Notes: a model not told the origin generated them from the letters alone. 64,000 bases of DNA from Hydrolagus affinis (GCA_012026655.1 JAAILG010000885.1:1-64000); one strand, 5' to 3'; positions 13,100-27,065 are shown, counted from the first letter of the stretch. Made by a program: numbers and translations.

Positions 13100-13428
13100 T
13101 TGTGGGCCAAAGGTGTAACCAAAAGCACTGTCCCACCAACAGCCACAATGTGAATGATGAGTGTTATCTGGGAGATTTTTGGCCAGGACACTGGGAGAAA
13201 CTCTCTTCCCTTTTTGAATAGAAGCACAACATCTTTAACATCCACCTGATCGGGCAAACAGACCTCAAGTTAATGTCTCAGTTGAAGGTCACATCCAGCA
13301 TTGCAGGACTCTCTCAGCACTGCATTGGAGCATCACCATATGGATTGCAAGTTGCGACATGGGGATTGAACCCACAACCAACCTTCTCACTCAGAGATGA
13401 GAGTGCTAACAACTGAGCCAAGTTGACA
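13100..13428 (-). mobile_element. Old SacSINE1-like Deu-SINE
   Basis: Reverse-strand tRNA head (gagagtgctaacaactgagccaa; ggggattgaacccacaacc) and core (ggccaggacactgggagaaactc). Confidence 0.8.
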
Positions 13429-13934
13429 ATCTTATGGATGAATTTGTTAGAGCTGAGAGATTTGCACAATCAAAAACTGAGCAGGAGCTAGGGAGTGGAG
13501 TCTGAGCCAAACACATAGACTGAGTTTATTCTCAGGTGCTTGTTTGCTGTGTGAAGAGAAGTTTGAGAGGATTGATGAACCTATGATGGAGTCCAAGAGG
13601 GTGGAAAGATTTAGAAGCAAAGTCTGAGTGACAGCAGGAGCCAGAGGAATGCATATCCATAGTTAACACACATCAGAAATTCTTCATGGTCTTAACTGTA
13701 ATGGTCTTCCAAATTAAGAGCGAACTTAAGAATTGTGAAAAAAATTCTGCACAATCTGAAATTTTAAGCCTGTGGTCTTCAGGCTAAGGCTGAGTAACTG
13801 ATGTTTTAATAAATTTATAATATTGCTTGAAAAAATGTGTATTATATACAAAACAAAACATTTTGAGGATTGAGGCAAATCTATTCTAACAAGACATGAG
13901 ACTCAGTTACAGAAATCTGAGGCCCATGTCTTAC

Positions 13935-14245
13935 TATAATAACTTGCCTCACAAGCAAGAGGATCTGGGTTGATTCCTGGGCAAGATGAAGCATTGGGCA
14001 AGTTTGCTTACTCCACATGCCTGTGTTTACTTGCAATAAGTAGGAACCCGGTTGGGAGTCACTTTTCAGTGGTAATAATTCCTTTAAAAAAATTATAATT
14101 ATGGTCACTCAATCCACAATCATTTCTGGATCACTTTTCACTCACAAAATATAGAGTCAATTGATTTTACAGTATGTTCTGTGAAACGCTTTGAATTGTC
14201 TGGAAGAAGTAATACAGTGCTATATCAAATGCACGTATTATTATT
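13935..14245 (+). mobile_element. Diverged copy of the young SINE family
   Basis: gggcaagtttgcttactccacatgcc, ggtcactcaatccac and tatatcaaatgcacgtattattatt. Confidence 0.75.
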
Positions 14246-17099
14246 AACAACAATACTGTACAGCATTTCTAAACATGTGTAATAAACATTCAAACATTCT
14301 TGTCCAGGCCGCAAATGAGTAATCGTTGAGTGTGTTACCACACTGCCACCTGAGAATTCTTTTAGTATTGACTTGCAAAGAAACCCATACGAAACATGAA
14401 AAGAATGATCTACTAATGCCTCAGGCACTGCAACATTATTAACCTACTGGCTATGTTTATTGAAAAAGAGCAAAAGGTTCAGGGTTGACATTAAGGGGTA
14501 TTGTCTGTGATATTTGCCAGTGGTGGTGTCAGGTCATGTTGCTTTTTACTGAAACTGAGCTTTAGGTTAGTTTCTTGAGCCTTAATTCTTACCGCGATTT
14601 ATTTAGAGTACATGACAGGGTATCTAAAGAGACATGGATAAAGGGGAGAAGAAACCAGAAAAACTAGAGGACAGGATTCGGGGCAGGAGCAAACCACAGA
14701 CGGATTAGCCTGCTATTGGAAATATAAAGGAATACAATTCTGCTTAGTTTTAGTCTATAAGATTATTTGTCTTAAATTTAAGATTGCGTAGAATTATAGA
14801 GAATTCTTAAATTCAGTCTTAATTTCAAAGTAATTTCATTTTGTGAAATGCAGCAAATCATCTTTGAACTTTGGAATTTTCCACAATACTGTGTGATTGT
14901 AAATTTTAAAACAAAGGGATTATTTTACAGACTGAAAGTGTGAGGAATTTCATGCCAGAGAATGGAAATCATTCTCTTACAAAAAAGTTGAGATTTAGAA
15001 CCATGGAAGAGAATTGGAATTTACCTGTCACTAGTTTGACAAAAATGGAAAAATCTGAACAGCAGTACATACTGGAAATGAAGAACTTGCATTCTCAGGT
15101 TCACCATCCCATCAAAAGCAATTCACAATAACTACTGTACCATCATTCTTTTTAGGTAAATGTACCAGCAAAATTCTACAGTCATGAGGTGAATGGCGAA
15201 TTAATCTGGCAGATTGTTTACCAAGATGTTTCCCATCTCTAATGGTTCTTTACCCTCCATATCCACAGTCAGCAAGATCTCAGTCTGGGATCTCATTAGA
15301 GAGTTGGAACCTCTGACCATGCAGTGTTATCCAAATAGCTAGCACTGGAATGCTAGGCTCAAGTCTGCTATCATCTGAACCAAATTGACACAAGATTTTC
15401 AGTAGAATCTCTTGGTGTTGAAACTTGATTTGCTGTGTGAGGAGCAAAAGCAAGTTAAGCTCTGTTATATACAGGAGCTGAGTTATTTAAGTTCTAAAGA
15501 GTATATAATGCCTTCATTGCAAGAGAGGACTTAATTCCAAAATAATGCACTGTCCGGTTCTCTTGAATGATGGAAATCAGTGGTATATCCACTCGCTTTT
15601 CTTGTGAGTATAATCAACAAAACCAAACATAGGTATAGGGGGACATTCTCCTATGCCTTTTGATGCATATTTACAAGTAAATGCTTACTGTATGAGGTAC
15701 AACATACAACTTGTGTTACACACTTACTATTATATTGTGAATTAGAATCCACAACAGATGCACTGTGCCTGTGTTTCTCTAACTTCAATCATAAAATAAA
15801 AATATGTAAATATCAGAAGAGCTGTTTTATAGCTATGTCACAAAATGTTTCAGCCTGGCCAGCTGCACTACACCATCACCTTGTATCACAGAGCCAGCGA
15901 CTAAATATCAATTCAATACAGTGTTAAATGGGCCATTGTAGATAATTGGTGTATCTACAGAACTATAATGGCTAATAGCATCCAAATTACAGTTGCAGCT
16001 ACTGCTCCAGAATACTCATTTTCAAAAAATATTACACTTGGGTTAATTGACTAACATGTAGTTTAATGTGCCTGTTTTTGTCTGTTCTGCAGCTACGAGA
16101 GATGTGAGAGCAATGCACAACATAGATTTATTTTTGCGATGAGGAAAAGGTTGGTGCAAAGGGATGGAGCGCAAGTCTGCTGTACACTCTGCGGGTATGT
16201 TTCATCTTTTAAAAATACAACAATTTGTATTTGTATCGCACCCTTCATGCATTGTAGTGTTTTCAAAGCACTCAATATTTGATATACTATTATTAATATA
16301 TTAGAAAGCATAAAAGATAGTTGCTATTTTGTAATTAAATGCCTTGCTTGATAGCAAGTTTTTTCTGGATTTTATAAAACAAGGTGGATTGTACAAATTT
16401 TTATCCCTAAGTGTATGCAAACGATTCAGCTATTTACATAAGGTGACCATAGCACAAGGTGTACATTAAGCTGCTAGCATGTGTATGTGAAGGATAACTC
16501 AAGGGTTACATTGCTAACTGGAAAAGCAGTAAAGAATCAATCTGGTTTGAGGAAGCAATCCTTTATGTCCATGAATTAACTGACTGCTGCAATTAAAGGA
16601 TACAGGTTATGTTGTCATGTACTTATTAAGCACAATTTTACAACAAAAAAGGTGATCTTACTTTTAATCCTCATTCAGTTTATAAATATTGTTCTCCTTT
16701 AAGACTAGCTTTGGATTTCCTTACAGATGGATTATCAAGGTGCAATGCCACTTTTGTAGAAATTTGGATAACGGGATTCACTTCATCCTTCTTTTAATCA
16801 ACACTTCTGTCGGTCTTCTCATTTCCACTTTAGTCTGCAGACACTGCCATCCCTCCTTAAAAATGATCCAAGTGGATTGTCTGTTACCTACTCATAGCTT
16901 TTATGTGGCCTCTTAACAGAAGCTTAGATAAATCTTATTATAAAAATTACATTAATTTTAATGATTTGAATACTTTCCATTATCATTTATAACATTGTAT
17001 TAGTAATTTCTTTGGCAACTTTTTTCATTAAAATATAAATGTTTTGGACAGCGACAGAGCAAATTGGGCTAGAGCTACCACCTAATTTTGTACTTGTGT

Positions 17100-17355
17100 G
17101 TCCAATTATTTTCTCCATTCATAGTCATATGCCTCCCTGTTTCTGGTTGTCAGCCTCCCCAGGCAGGGGTGTGGTTCCATGGGTCCTGATTGCTCTCCAG
17201 TTCCCTGTCTAAGTGTCCAGTTTCCATGTGTGAATTTTCTCAGTGAATGTCACAGCCCACTCAACTCGACCTCACTGGGCTGCCACTAATGTACATTAGC
17301 GGTAGAGGATACTGAAGAGGCTCAATAAGCAAGAAGCCAGGTTGTTTTTAACTTT
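17100..17355 (-). mobile_element. Ancient tRNA-SINE remnant (AmnSINE2-like)
   Basis: Reverse-strand similarity to the 28150-28420 remnant (gtggttccatggg, agcaagaagccaggttgttttt). Confidence 0.45.
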
Positions 17356-19547
17356 CACAATTTCAAACAGTCATAATCGATCAAATTGGTATTCCCTATG
17401 ATCTGCTTTTGTAATCAGAAATACTGCCACATTCGTGCAATTTGTGTAATTTAAAATGTGCCCATTAATTTAGCAAAGAAATGCCAATATGGTCATTTAT
17501 ATAATAATAGCGATTTTAGTCCTTGCATTTGATATTGTGCTTTTCACTTCAGAACGACATCTTAAAGCTCTTCACTGCATTTACTTTAGAAATTAGGCCA
17601 ATTGATTACTTTCTGTCTTTCTGCTTCGATGTAGTATTGTTGATATGTGTAAGCAATAATGAAAGGTTGACAAGCTTTATGACCCCATCTCCCCCATCCT
17701 CACCCAACTCCATTGGCTTCCCATCATCCAGATGATCCAATTCAGGATCCTGGTCCTCATATTCAAAGCCCTTCCACAGCCTCGCCCCACACTCCTAACC
17801 CCCTATCAACCTGCCCACCCCCTCCGCTCAATAATTTGCTCAATAACAATTGCCACTATTCTGTTTGAACTTTGGAACTGATGCACATTTAGCATAAAAA
17901 AGACTACAGATTGCCGTCAGTCTAAGAGTCCAAGTCACACTGTCCATACTGTTTGTGGAGTCTCCTTCCCCTGAACAATAGTTTGTGCTCCTATATTGTT
18001 CATTTGGATCTTGGACAGTTTTCCAAATGTCCTGCAGCAAATGTCTGGACTCCCAGAGTGCAGTTAGCACTTCTACTGACAGAGAATAAAATAGAAACGG
18101 AGTTCTTTACACCTGGCGCATTGGTTGTCTTAAAGAAAATGTCTTCAGCGAGGTTAGGCAACAAATCATCTAAAAGTTCTGTATCCAGTTCAGCCTGATT
18201 GCCTGCTGCCACAATGGGAACCAATTCAACTAATTTAATATCAGATGCTTAATGATGGACCAAATGAAGGTCTTTAGTGATGTCTGTGCTGGTGCGATGT
18301 AGAAGACTTAACTCCTAGTTCCAAGCCTCTGAATCTACATACCACTCCCTAATGTGCCCGTGAAGAGCAGTAATGGCTCATTATCTTTCCAATTCAACCT
18401 GAACCACACAGCAGTCTAGTTGAATTTGTATGAAAATTGGAACTAGGAATTAGCAGATTAGCTTTCATTTACTTTGTAACCTTTAAGTAATGAGCGTTTT
18501 CATTTCATTTTGAGGATGGATAATGAAAATCACCTGTTAAATGCTCTCCACCTGTTGGAATACCCCTGGTGATCATTCTGCAAGGAGTTCTGTGATGCCC
18601 TTGGGGTAAACTTACAGTAGAGTGCCTCACTGTGGATTTTAAGTGACATGCTTCTTTTGTTGAATTACCCATTCCATTCTATCAATGTTTGGTTCATTAT
18701 CATGGAATAGGAATGTTGTCAATAAGCTGAATGAATTTTTTGAAGCAACTTACGAGTATAAAAAGCTCTCAAATTCCATGACAAATCACTGTGGCAGAAC
18801 CACCTCAGGGATTTAAATACGAACTGACCTCAATCCCTCATTCAGGGTGCTACGCCTTGGGAAGTTCTCCCGAAGTGAAAGGTGCTATATAAATGTAATT
18901 TTGTTGTTACTAACAAATGCCCATTGGGGTCTCACCCGGTGTCCTGGTCAAAAATCCTCCAAGATAAAATTGGTCATTGAGTTCATGGCTGTCAGTGGGA
19001 CTTTGTTGTGTACAAATTGGCTGCCGTGTTAACCTACAAATACACAGTCATTACTTTCTAGTAAATCTTCTGAAGTGATTTGAGATATTTGAAAATATGA
19101 TAAGGTGCTACATCAAATGCAATGATTTTTATGATTGTGGTGACCATCATTAAAGCATGAGTGCATGCCAGGCCATGTGGAATTAAGTAAACCTCTGAAC
19201 TCTTACTCATAAGGTCATCTGTTTGAAAGAATCTCATCTTGGAGCATAATTTCAATGTTTACATGGATCTGCCTCATTCACTACTAACAAGATGTAGCTC
19301 TTTAATAATATCCTCACTGAACTAAGGGACACTACCCTTAAGGGGCGTTATTGTTGTTTTATGTGGTATTCATGGGTTAATGAAACACTCAAGAACTAAA
19401 TGTATTTCTTTCAAGTCTCATAGAGATCCAATAGAGAGAGAAGTAGAAAATACAAGAACATTGGGAGTGGCATGATGTTGGCTGTAATTACTCCAGGTAG
19501 AGGAGGTTTCATGAGACCCATCCAGAACTCTACAGCTCCATACGTAT

Positions 19548-20002
19548 GTCAGCCTGGGTCAGTTGGTAGCACTCATGCCTCTTCGTTAGATAATTGTGGG
19601 TTTAAACCCTATGTGGCGTCTTGGAATTTATATAGTCTATGCTGACACTCCAATGCATAGCTGAGGATGCTAAGTTAAATCAAGGTCTCGACTGCCTGTC
19701 CCACGACACTATTTCAAGGGAGAAGGGAGTTTCTCCTGATATCCTGGCCATACAATCCCTCAAATAAAATTGGTCATTCACTTGATTGCTGTTTGTGAGA
19801 TGCTGCTATTTCCAAATTGGCTGTTGCATTGACCTGCATAGTCATTGCATTTTACAGTATCGTTTTGTTGAATTACAAAATGTTCCATTCTATCAATGTT
19901 TGGTTCATGTGAAATGCTTTGACATGAAAGTCAAAAGATTAAGTTTATAATCCCGAAGACTCTACCTGAGTGAAGGACACTATATCAGTGCAAGTTGTTG
20001 TT
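19548..20002 (+). mobile_element. Old SacSINE1-like Deu-SINE, near full length
   Basis: Head gggtcagttggtagcactc, core attggtcattcacttgattgctgtttgtg...aaattggctg, and tail ctatatcagtgcaagttgttg. Confidence 0.8.
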
Positions 20003-20571
20003 CAGATGCCACCCTTGGATTAAATATAAGCATTATTATTATAATTTTGCACTATGGTCCAACAGAAGAAACAAGACCCAACGTTACACCCAATGCTAGA
20101 AAACAGTCTATTTATTCTCAGGATCATAACTTTTCTCAATCAGACGGAGAGTACAAAAGAAGTAAAATAGGTCCTTGTGTACTACAACTCAAGATATTCG
20201 AAGTCTGCATATTTCTTGCTCTAAGTGAGGAAAGAAGTTTACTAACAATCTCACAGCATGAGTGTTGTAATTTGAGTGTTATTTTTAGATAGCTGTGAAC
20301 ATGCTTACAGTCCCTGATCCTCATCCAGGAAGGAAGCTATTTTCATTCCACTTGGCATGATTACTCAGATTGTCTGTGGCTGACATCAGATGAGTGCCTC
20401 CACTCCTGGGAAAGGTCAGTCTGATCAGGGTTGTAAGGCAGCTTTTTATTCAAAAGGTCATAGTCACAGGTGGGAAACAGCGAATTAACAAACCGAACCT
20501 GGGCTAAACTTAAGGAATAATTACTTTACACTCAAAGCACATCCTCCAACATAACAGGCCTTGTTCACATA

Positions 20572-20870
20572 ACAATAATCCTTGCATTTGGTACAGAACC
20601 TATCATATCAAAATGTTTCATAACAATTCATAGGGAATTGGTGTAAAGTTATTGTATTTATAGGCAAACATGACAACCAATTTGCACACACGGGAATGTC
20701 TCATTGCCATAAAGAGAATGGGGTGTTGCTGGGCAGGATATCGCGCTTTTCTCTTTTCAACTTGTGTCACAGGATCTTTGATATCCACCTGAAGGAACAG
20801 ACAGGGCCTCAATTTAACATCTCCTCTGAAGGACAGCACTTCTGACAATGCAGCGCTCCTCAGGTTCTGT
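20572..20870 (-). mobile_element. Deu-SINE remnant
   Basis: aataatccttgcatttgg...ggatctttgatatccacctgaa...gggcctcaatttaacatctc. Confidence 0.7.
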
Positions 20871-22730
20871 GCGGTGTAGACCCTATACCCTGGACCAAAT
20901 CATTTGTTTTGTCAATGGAAAAATAACAGGGTGAAAAATGTACCTTTTCAAAATAAATTCAGTGTGATCATTATTTTCATCACAGCATCATAAGAAAGTG
21001 ACTAAATAATAGAATTTACCATGGTCAATATTTATTTCAACAAAATATGAGTACACTTACATCTAATTACACCTATTGGTCAGTGCTTGGCAAAGGCTAC
21101 AGTGGTCATAAAATAGTAATGAAAGCACTCAGCTCTGGTTTTATCCTCTATATAAATCATCAGTTACTGAATATTGATAATTGTATCAGTCAAACTGGGC
21201 TCTCAACCTACGGGAGAAGCTTAGGCCTATTTCATACCACCTCTGGCTCATAACGCACTGCTGGATATAATGTCTACATCAAGAAACAGACAGAATGGAG
21301 TTAACCAGTGTGAAAAACACTTGTGAAGACAATTTCTAAATACCAGTTTTCTAAATCTATCGATAAGCCCAGATGCATTATTAATGAAGCCTGTGGCCTG
21401 CCTACTCCTGCTCAGAAGGTTTGGGCTCTTAATAGGAACTATTTCTGTGAACTTGCTGCACAAAGTAATGACAGTGTCTGCCTTAAAATGAACAAATGAC
21501 TGCAGTAAGCTCTGGGGATCTTATAGCAAGCAGATGCTTTCTGAGCACAAGACAGCGGGAGTCCCACCTGCTGCAGGCAGTCACTAGTAGTCTACTGAAC
21601 ATGGGCTACTAAATAATTTAAGAAAACAGGGATCCTTATTCTTTTTGAACATGACACTGCCCCCATACTCTGTCATTTTTTCCTTTTCAATTGGGTCGGT
21701 AGAAATTAGAATACTAGAGATGTGCTTTTTCCTAACAAAAGTGTGTAGTTCTTTCTTATAACGTGCATTTTCCACATTTGTGCAAGTGTAAAATATGGTT
21801 TGTGGGATGCATTTACAAATCTACAAATAACTAACTATTCAGGAGATGAATAACACGCACTCCATGTGGGTTTGTATTTTGCATCAATATTGAAATTTTT
21901 ATCACATCATTTAATATAGTGTTGAATGGTAAGCAACCTATGATATTAAATTGTACAATACTGTAGTTGGTTTGCCAGTGATTAAAAGTAACTCAGGACC
22001 TTTAATATTATATCAATATAAAGTAGTCTCAGTTTCATTCTTTATTCATAGGCTGGCAGAGATCACTATAAAAGAATAAGCCTGTGTTTCCAATTTTTTG
22101 TTTAACTTTAACAAATATTAAGATCATTTGTTACACTTTTTCCAAACCCCACTTTTCCTAAATATTCTCCCAAAAAAATAGAATTTGTCAATATTTAGAC
22201 CCAGATAACATAAATTACAGGACAAACACAACCCAGTGCCTAATATCAACAAAAATGAAGGTGTCCTACTTTAGTAATTGCTGTGTTGATTAGCTTTCCT
22301 TCCTGCTCCAGGCTCCTGTGTACTTCCTGCCTTAACTATCACATTTTCTCACAGGCACAACAGTCCTCATGATAATGATGCAAGGCTTCTTAACAATAAT
22401 TTAAGGCATCGCACAATTTGACAAACGTCTCAAGAGTTATATCATGTTGGAAACTTTTACCATTCCTCACGCACCACATGGATACCACTCTGCAATGACA
22501 ATTCCTCTACATACTGTACTGTACTGCCATCCAATGAATGAATGAACTTGCATTTTTATAATGTCAAAATGCTAGTTACTGTTGCAATGTAATGACTGCT
22601 TGTTGTAGGCCTCTATTTTTCACACAGCCATGAGGTGAATGATCAGAATACAGGGAGAAACTCCCTTCCTTTTTTTGAATCATACAATGGGATCTTTAGA
22701 GACATGCAAGATCAAGGTTAATTGCCTCCA

Positions 22731-23015
22731 ACAATAATATAATAATCCTCGGATTTGATATTGCGCATTTCATGTATTCTAGGCATCCCAAATTGCTTCA
22801 CAGAATACTGTAACATGAATTGACTGTATATTTTTGGCAAAAACACAGCAGTGTCCACAAACAGTCGTGGATTTAAGTGAATTTAGTATTGGGTTTTTTC
22901 TTGAGGGATTATCATCCAACGTGTGGAGTAAGGAAACTTGCTCAAGGCTTTGTCCTGCTGGGAATTGAGTCCAGGTCTCTTGCTTGTGAGTATCTAACTA
23001 CTGAGCTACAGGACT
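22731..23015 (-). mobile_element. Young SINE, near full length
   Basis: Reverse complement of the tail, core (aaacagtcgtggatt) and head (actgagctacaggactc). Confidence 0.88.
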
Positions 23016-25989
23016 CAATAACAAATGTAACACTCCCCGAGCACTGGACTAGAGTATCAGCCTGCATCATGCCGGAATCTGCAGCCTTCTCGACGCACAG
23101 GTGATCTGTGTACATGACATGTACATCAAGGAGATTGCTGGATTGTACACTGGGAGAAATTCCATTCTCTCTACTCCATGTAGTATAGTCATAACATCCA
23201 CCTGAACAGGCAAAAGATGTCATCTCCAATAATGCAGAGGTACCCCCAGCACTGCACTAAAGTGCCAGCCTAGACTATAACACGGGGCTTGAACCCAAAG
23301 TCTTCTTGCTCAGAGTTACCAACTAAGCAAAGGGGAACATCATGACATAAGCAGTATCATTCAGAATTTTACTATTATTAAACAGATCTACATTTCAAGT
23401 TTTCGCAAACTCAATGAATGAATGATTGTTCAGAATAGTTGAAAAGTAGAAGTATTTAGTTGTGATCATTGACAATGTATCAACCTTGTTGAGCCAATGT
23501 GATGCTTTTATCAAAAGAATAATCCAATATAAAGTATCATAAGTTTCTGTAAATATTCTTATTATTTAACAATACGTTTCCACTTACACATTTATAGTTT
23601 TGTGGAAGCAAATACAAGCCTGAAATGTACAGCAAAAGACTGCTTAAAATGTAAAACTACAAAATGTTCTTGAATTACATTTTTTGACATAAAACTACAA
23701 TATAAATCATATGATCCTTGTATATGACAACACCTTATCAATTCACTGAAATGTCTCAAAGTGCTTCACTGGATTTTCAGTTCTTCCTTCATTATAGTTC
23801 AATATAAATGGTTGAATAAAACTAGTACAGTGCAAGCCTGTTAAGGCGCACACATTGGGGAAGGACATTTTGTCCATCTTAAGAGCGTCCAGGGATAACC
23901 GAAATACCATTCCTGCCCAGTAGAGGAGCTCCGCTATCACCTTAAAGTAATATGTAATATTGTTTCACTTGAAGCAATGTTAACTAACCAGACACAAGTA
24001 TTTTATTCTAAGAGTTAAAGCTAAAATACTATACTCTCACAGAATTAAGTGAAATATATTTACTTTGTTTGGCTGCAAAATACCTTCTCATCAATTAAGC
24101 AATTTGGGATCAATTGTCAACGGTGCTGAGGTGATTGACAGATTTGGAACTGGTTGTGAATGGTTGGACTTCACCCATTCACAAGCGACTTCAATAATCA
24201 ATCACGATTTGACTCCTCTCATTCCCTCCCTTGTTCTGCCACACCCTCCCTGATTGACAGCTCAACTCCAGCCGTTTGTCAATGGCTGGAGTCTTCTGTC
24301 AATCAATCTCAGACTGCTCCCATCTGCATCCCAGAGTCACTTGTATTCCACAGTGTGGGATATGTACCTTATATTGCTTCAAAAAGAGCAACAGTATGAA
24401 ACATTCTAAATACAAGGGTATGACAACAACAACAAAATTACATCTTTAGAGTGCCTTTCATATTGGGGGATGTCCCAAGGTGCTGAAGAAGACTAGTTTG
24501 ACCCAGACTAGTTGCAAAATTGGGTTTGCTACCAGTCTGAGCAAATAATTTTTTGACTGTTTGACCTAGATGTGTACACATCTACTAGACTTCACTTTTC
24601 TTCCCTTCTTAAATTTGTATTTGTCTTCAGGTCAACAAAAATAAGATGTTTATCTGCCAGTGATAACAAACTGAATGAACTATTTCCTTGCTACATTTAA
24701 ATTCACCCGGTTTTCTCGTACAACAGCCATATTATAGAAAATTTACATTGTCCTGCTCTATGAATTAGGATGCTTCATACTCATGCTCTTTTTGAAGCAA
24801 TGCAAGTATTGTACTTTGCCTCTAAATCTAGGATTTAAAAATGTCTTACAAGTTGTATGGATTTTGACATGCATCCTTTGTTTATTCACTTTGCAAAGCT
24901 GTGCTCATGCAACCAGTCCCACAATGTGTTGGTGAGGATGGTAATTCCATTTTTTTTTATTCTGCCAGCTAACCATCCTTGGAGAATTTCCAAAGCCCAG
25001 GAAATGGATTATAACTGAAATAAACAATGCTGCATTATGTTATATTGTTTATATGTTGCATGTTTGCCAGTGAATCAATGTGATGTTGGCAGCCACTAGT
25101 ACCAAACATGTAACGACAAGATCATGGGCAGCATGAATCGCTCCAGAGCCCAACTACAAGAACATTTCAAATCGTGACTCGTACAAGTCATATTGGGTTT
25201 GCTTCCCCAAGGGCTGCTCAAACTTCTGGATGGACAGTGTGGGAACATTGAATGAAGTATTTTGAATGTTATTAAAGAGGCAATTGCTAGGCCATTTCTA
25301 ACAATTGTCTTTATCGTCGTCCCCAACCCCCAATGTGTGCTACAACAAAAAACATTTGTGAGCCATTTGAACAGATAATGGCTATATTTCTATAGGTCAT
25401 GTGTGCTTATGCTTCCCTGATTCTGATTATAGCCGCTGGCCCTGTTGATAATGACTCCCTCTGTTCTATTAGTGGCTGCCAAGTCTTCAGCCACTACAGT
25501 CTGGAACAACCTTCCACGACCGCTTTGCTTCCTCCCTGCCTTGTGAGACCTATTTGCTTCCTCACGCTTGGCTAACAAAATCCTCCCAAAACATTTATTT
25601 CATTAATAATAATAATCCTCGCATTTGATGTAAATCCTGATCATGTCATTGTGATTTCTCAAAGCACTTCACAGAATATACAGTAATGTGGATTGACTGT
25701 ATATTTTCTGTTTATATTTTCAAGCATGCTTTTAGGCAATATCTCAATTCTTTTTTCTTCATTCTCAGCATTCTTTATCATAAGCGTTAAACACATCCAA
25801 TTTTAATGATTCTTAGGTGTAGTCAGTAACTTTTATTCTTGCCTTTTAAAGGGTTATCCAATACCAGGTGTTGAATATGAGTGAAAGGTGCTGTGTAACA
25901 GCAAATTGTTGTTGACAATGAAGTTTTAAAAAATATACTCCCAGCATTTCCTCCATCAAGCCCATCACCATGTCTAGGATAGAGCAGTA

Positions 25990-26300
25990 ATGTGTGCATG
26001 TGATTATATGGTAGAAACAGGCAACCACAAAGTAAATGAACACATTTTATTTGGGGGTTGTTGGTCAGGATACCGAGAGAAACTCTCTTCTCTTTTTGAA
26101 TACGAAGGATTTTAAATTTCCATGTGAACAGGTACAGATTGGCAGCACCCTCAATTTAACATCTCGTCCAATAATGCTGCGCTCTCCCAAGTCTGGAATA
26201 TCATCTCAGACAGTGGTCCCAGAGTACCCACTGATGTGGGGCTTCAAACTGCAAGTTTCTTATTCAAAAGGGGAGAGCTTCCAACAGAGCCAGTTGGGTA
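25990..26300 (-). mobile_element. Old Deu-SINE remnant
   Basis: ggtcaggataccgagagaaactctcttctctttttgaata...cctcaatttaacatctcgtcc. Confidence 0.6.
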
Positions 26301-26699
26301 CCTTCAAATTGAATTGCAAACTCGTTGAATTGCTGCGTTTATTGCAAGTTCCAGTTTGCAAATACAATTCTAAATTTGCTATGAAACTTTTTAGAGAAAA
26401 CAATACATTTGAGAAAGAGTTTTGAAACCAACAAAGACAGCTAGGTTTACTGATTTCTATCAGTTTTTGATCAGCCACGAGTTGGTAGACTCCAGTGAAA
26501 AGCCAAACAAGACAAGGAAAGGTATGTGCGTCACCTCCTTCTGTCCTCTTAATATTAAACAGATCTCTTAAACAGGGAGTTTTATATCAGAACTCTTAAA
26601 AAGAAACCAATTAAAAAGAATTAGCTTCAACCTTGACATTCTTTTCAGGTTTCCTTTGTGTGTTTGTCATTTCTGTTGATCTGCTTTTATTTTTATTTG

Positions 26700-27065
26700 A
26701 ACAACAAATGCTGGGCTCCCTTGGTGACTTGGTTGGAAAACAAGTGCCTGGAGTGAAACAGTTTCCCAGTACAGTACTAGGCTTCATCCCCTACCTATGC
26801 TCTGCTAACTAGTCTCAGCCAGGGGAGCTAAGATTGGCATCAGCTGCTCTGTAATATACAGAGGAAAAGAAATAATAATAACAATCCTTGCATTTGATAT
26901 ATCGCTCTTTCATACCTTATCAACGTTTCAAAGCCCTTCACAGAATATAGTGTAAAGTTAATTGACTGTATATTTTGGGGCGAAATCACAGTTCTCAGAC
27001 CCCTGCTAGAACATTGTACGTGTGCGTGCTGATCGGGTGAGAGTAGAATAAGGTCGGTTGTCCAT
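26700..27065 (+). mobile_element. Ancient AmnSINE2-like SINE interrupted by a young SINE 3' fragment (26871-26985, minus strand)
   Basis: tctcagccaggggagct...attggcatcagc resumes after the insert as acccctgctaga...tcgggtgagagtag. Confidence 0.5.

Noticed and set aside
23878-23941. A minus-strand frame reading GDSGAPLL, resembling the trypsin-family GDSGGPL motif
   Set aside because: A stop follows 13 codons later, the intron phase does not fit the family, and no His or Asp catalytic exons are nearby.
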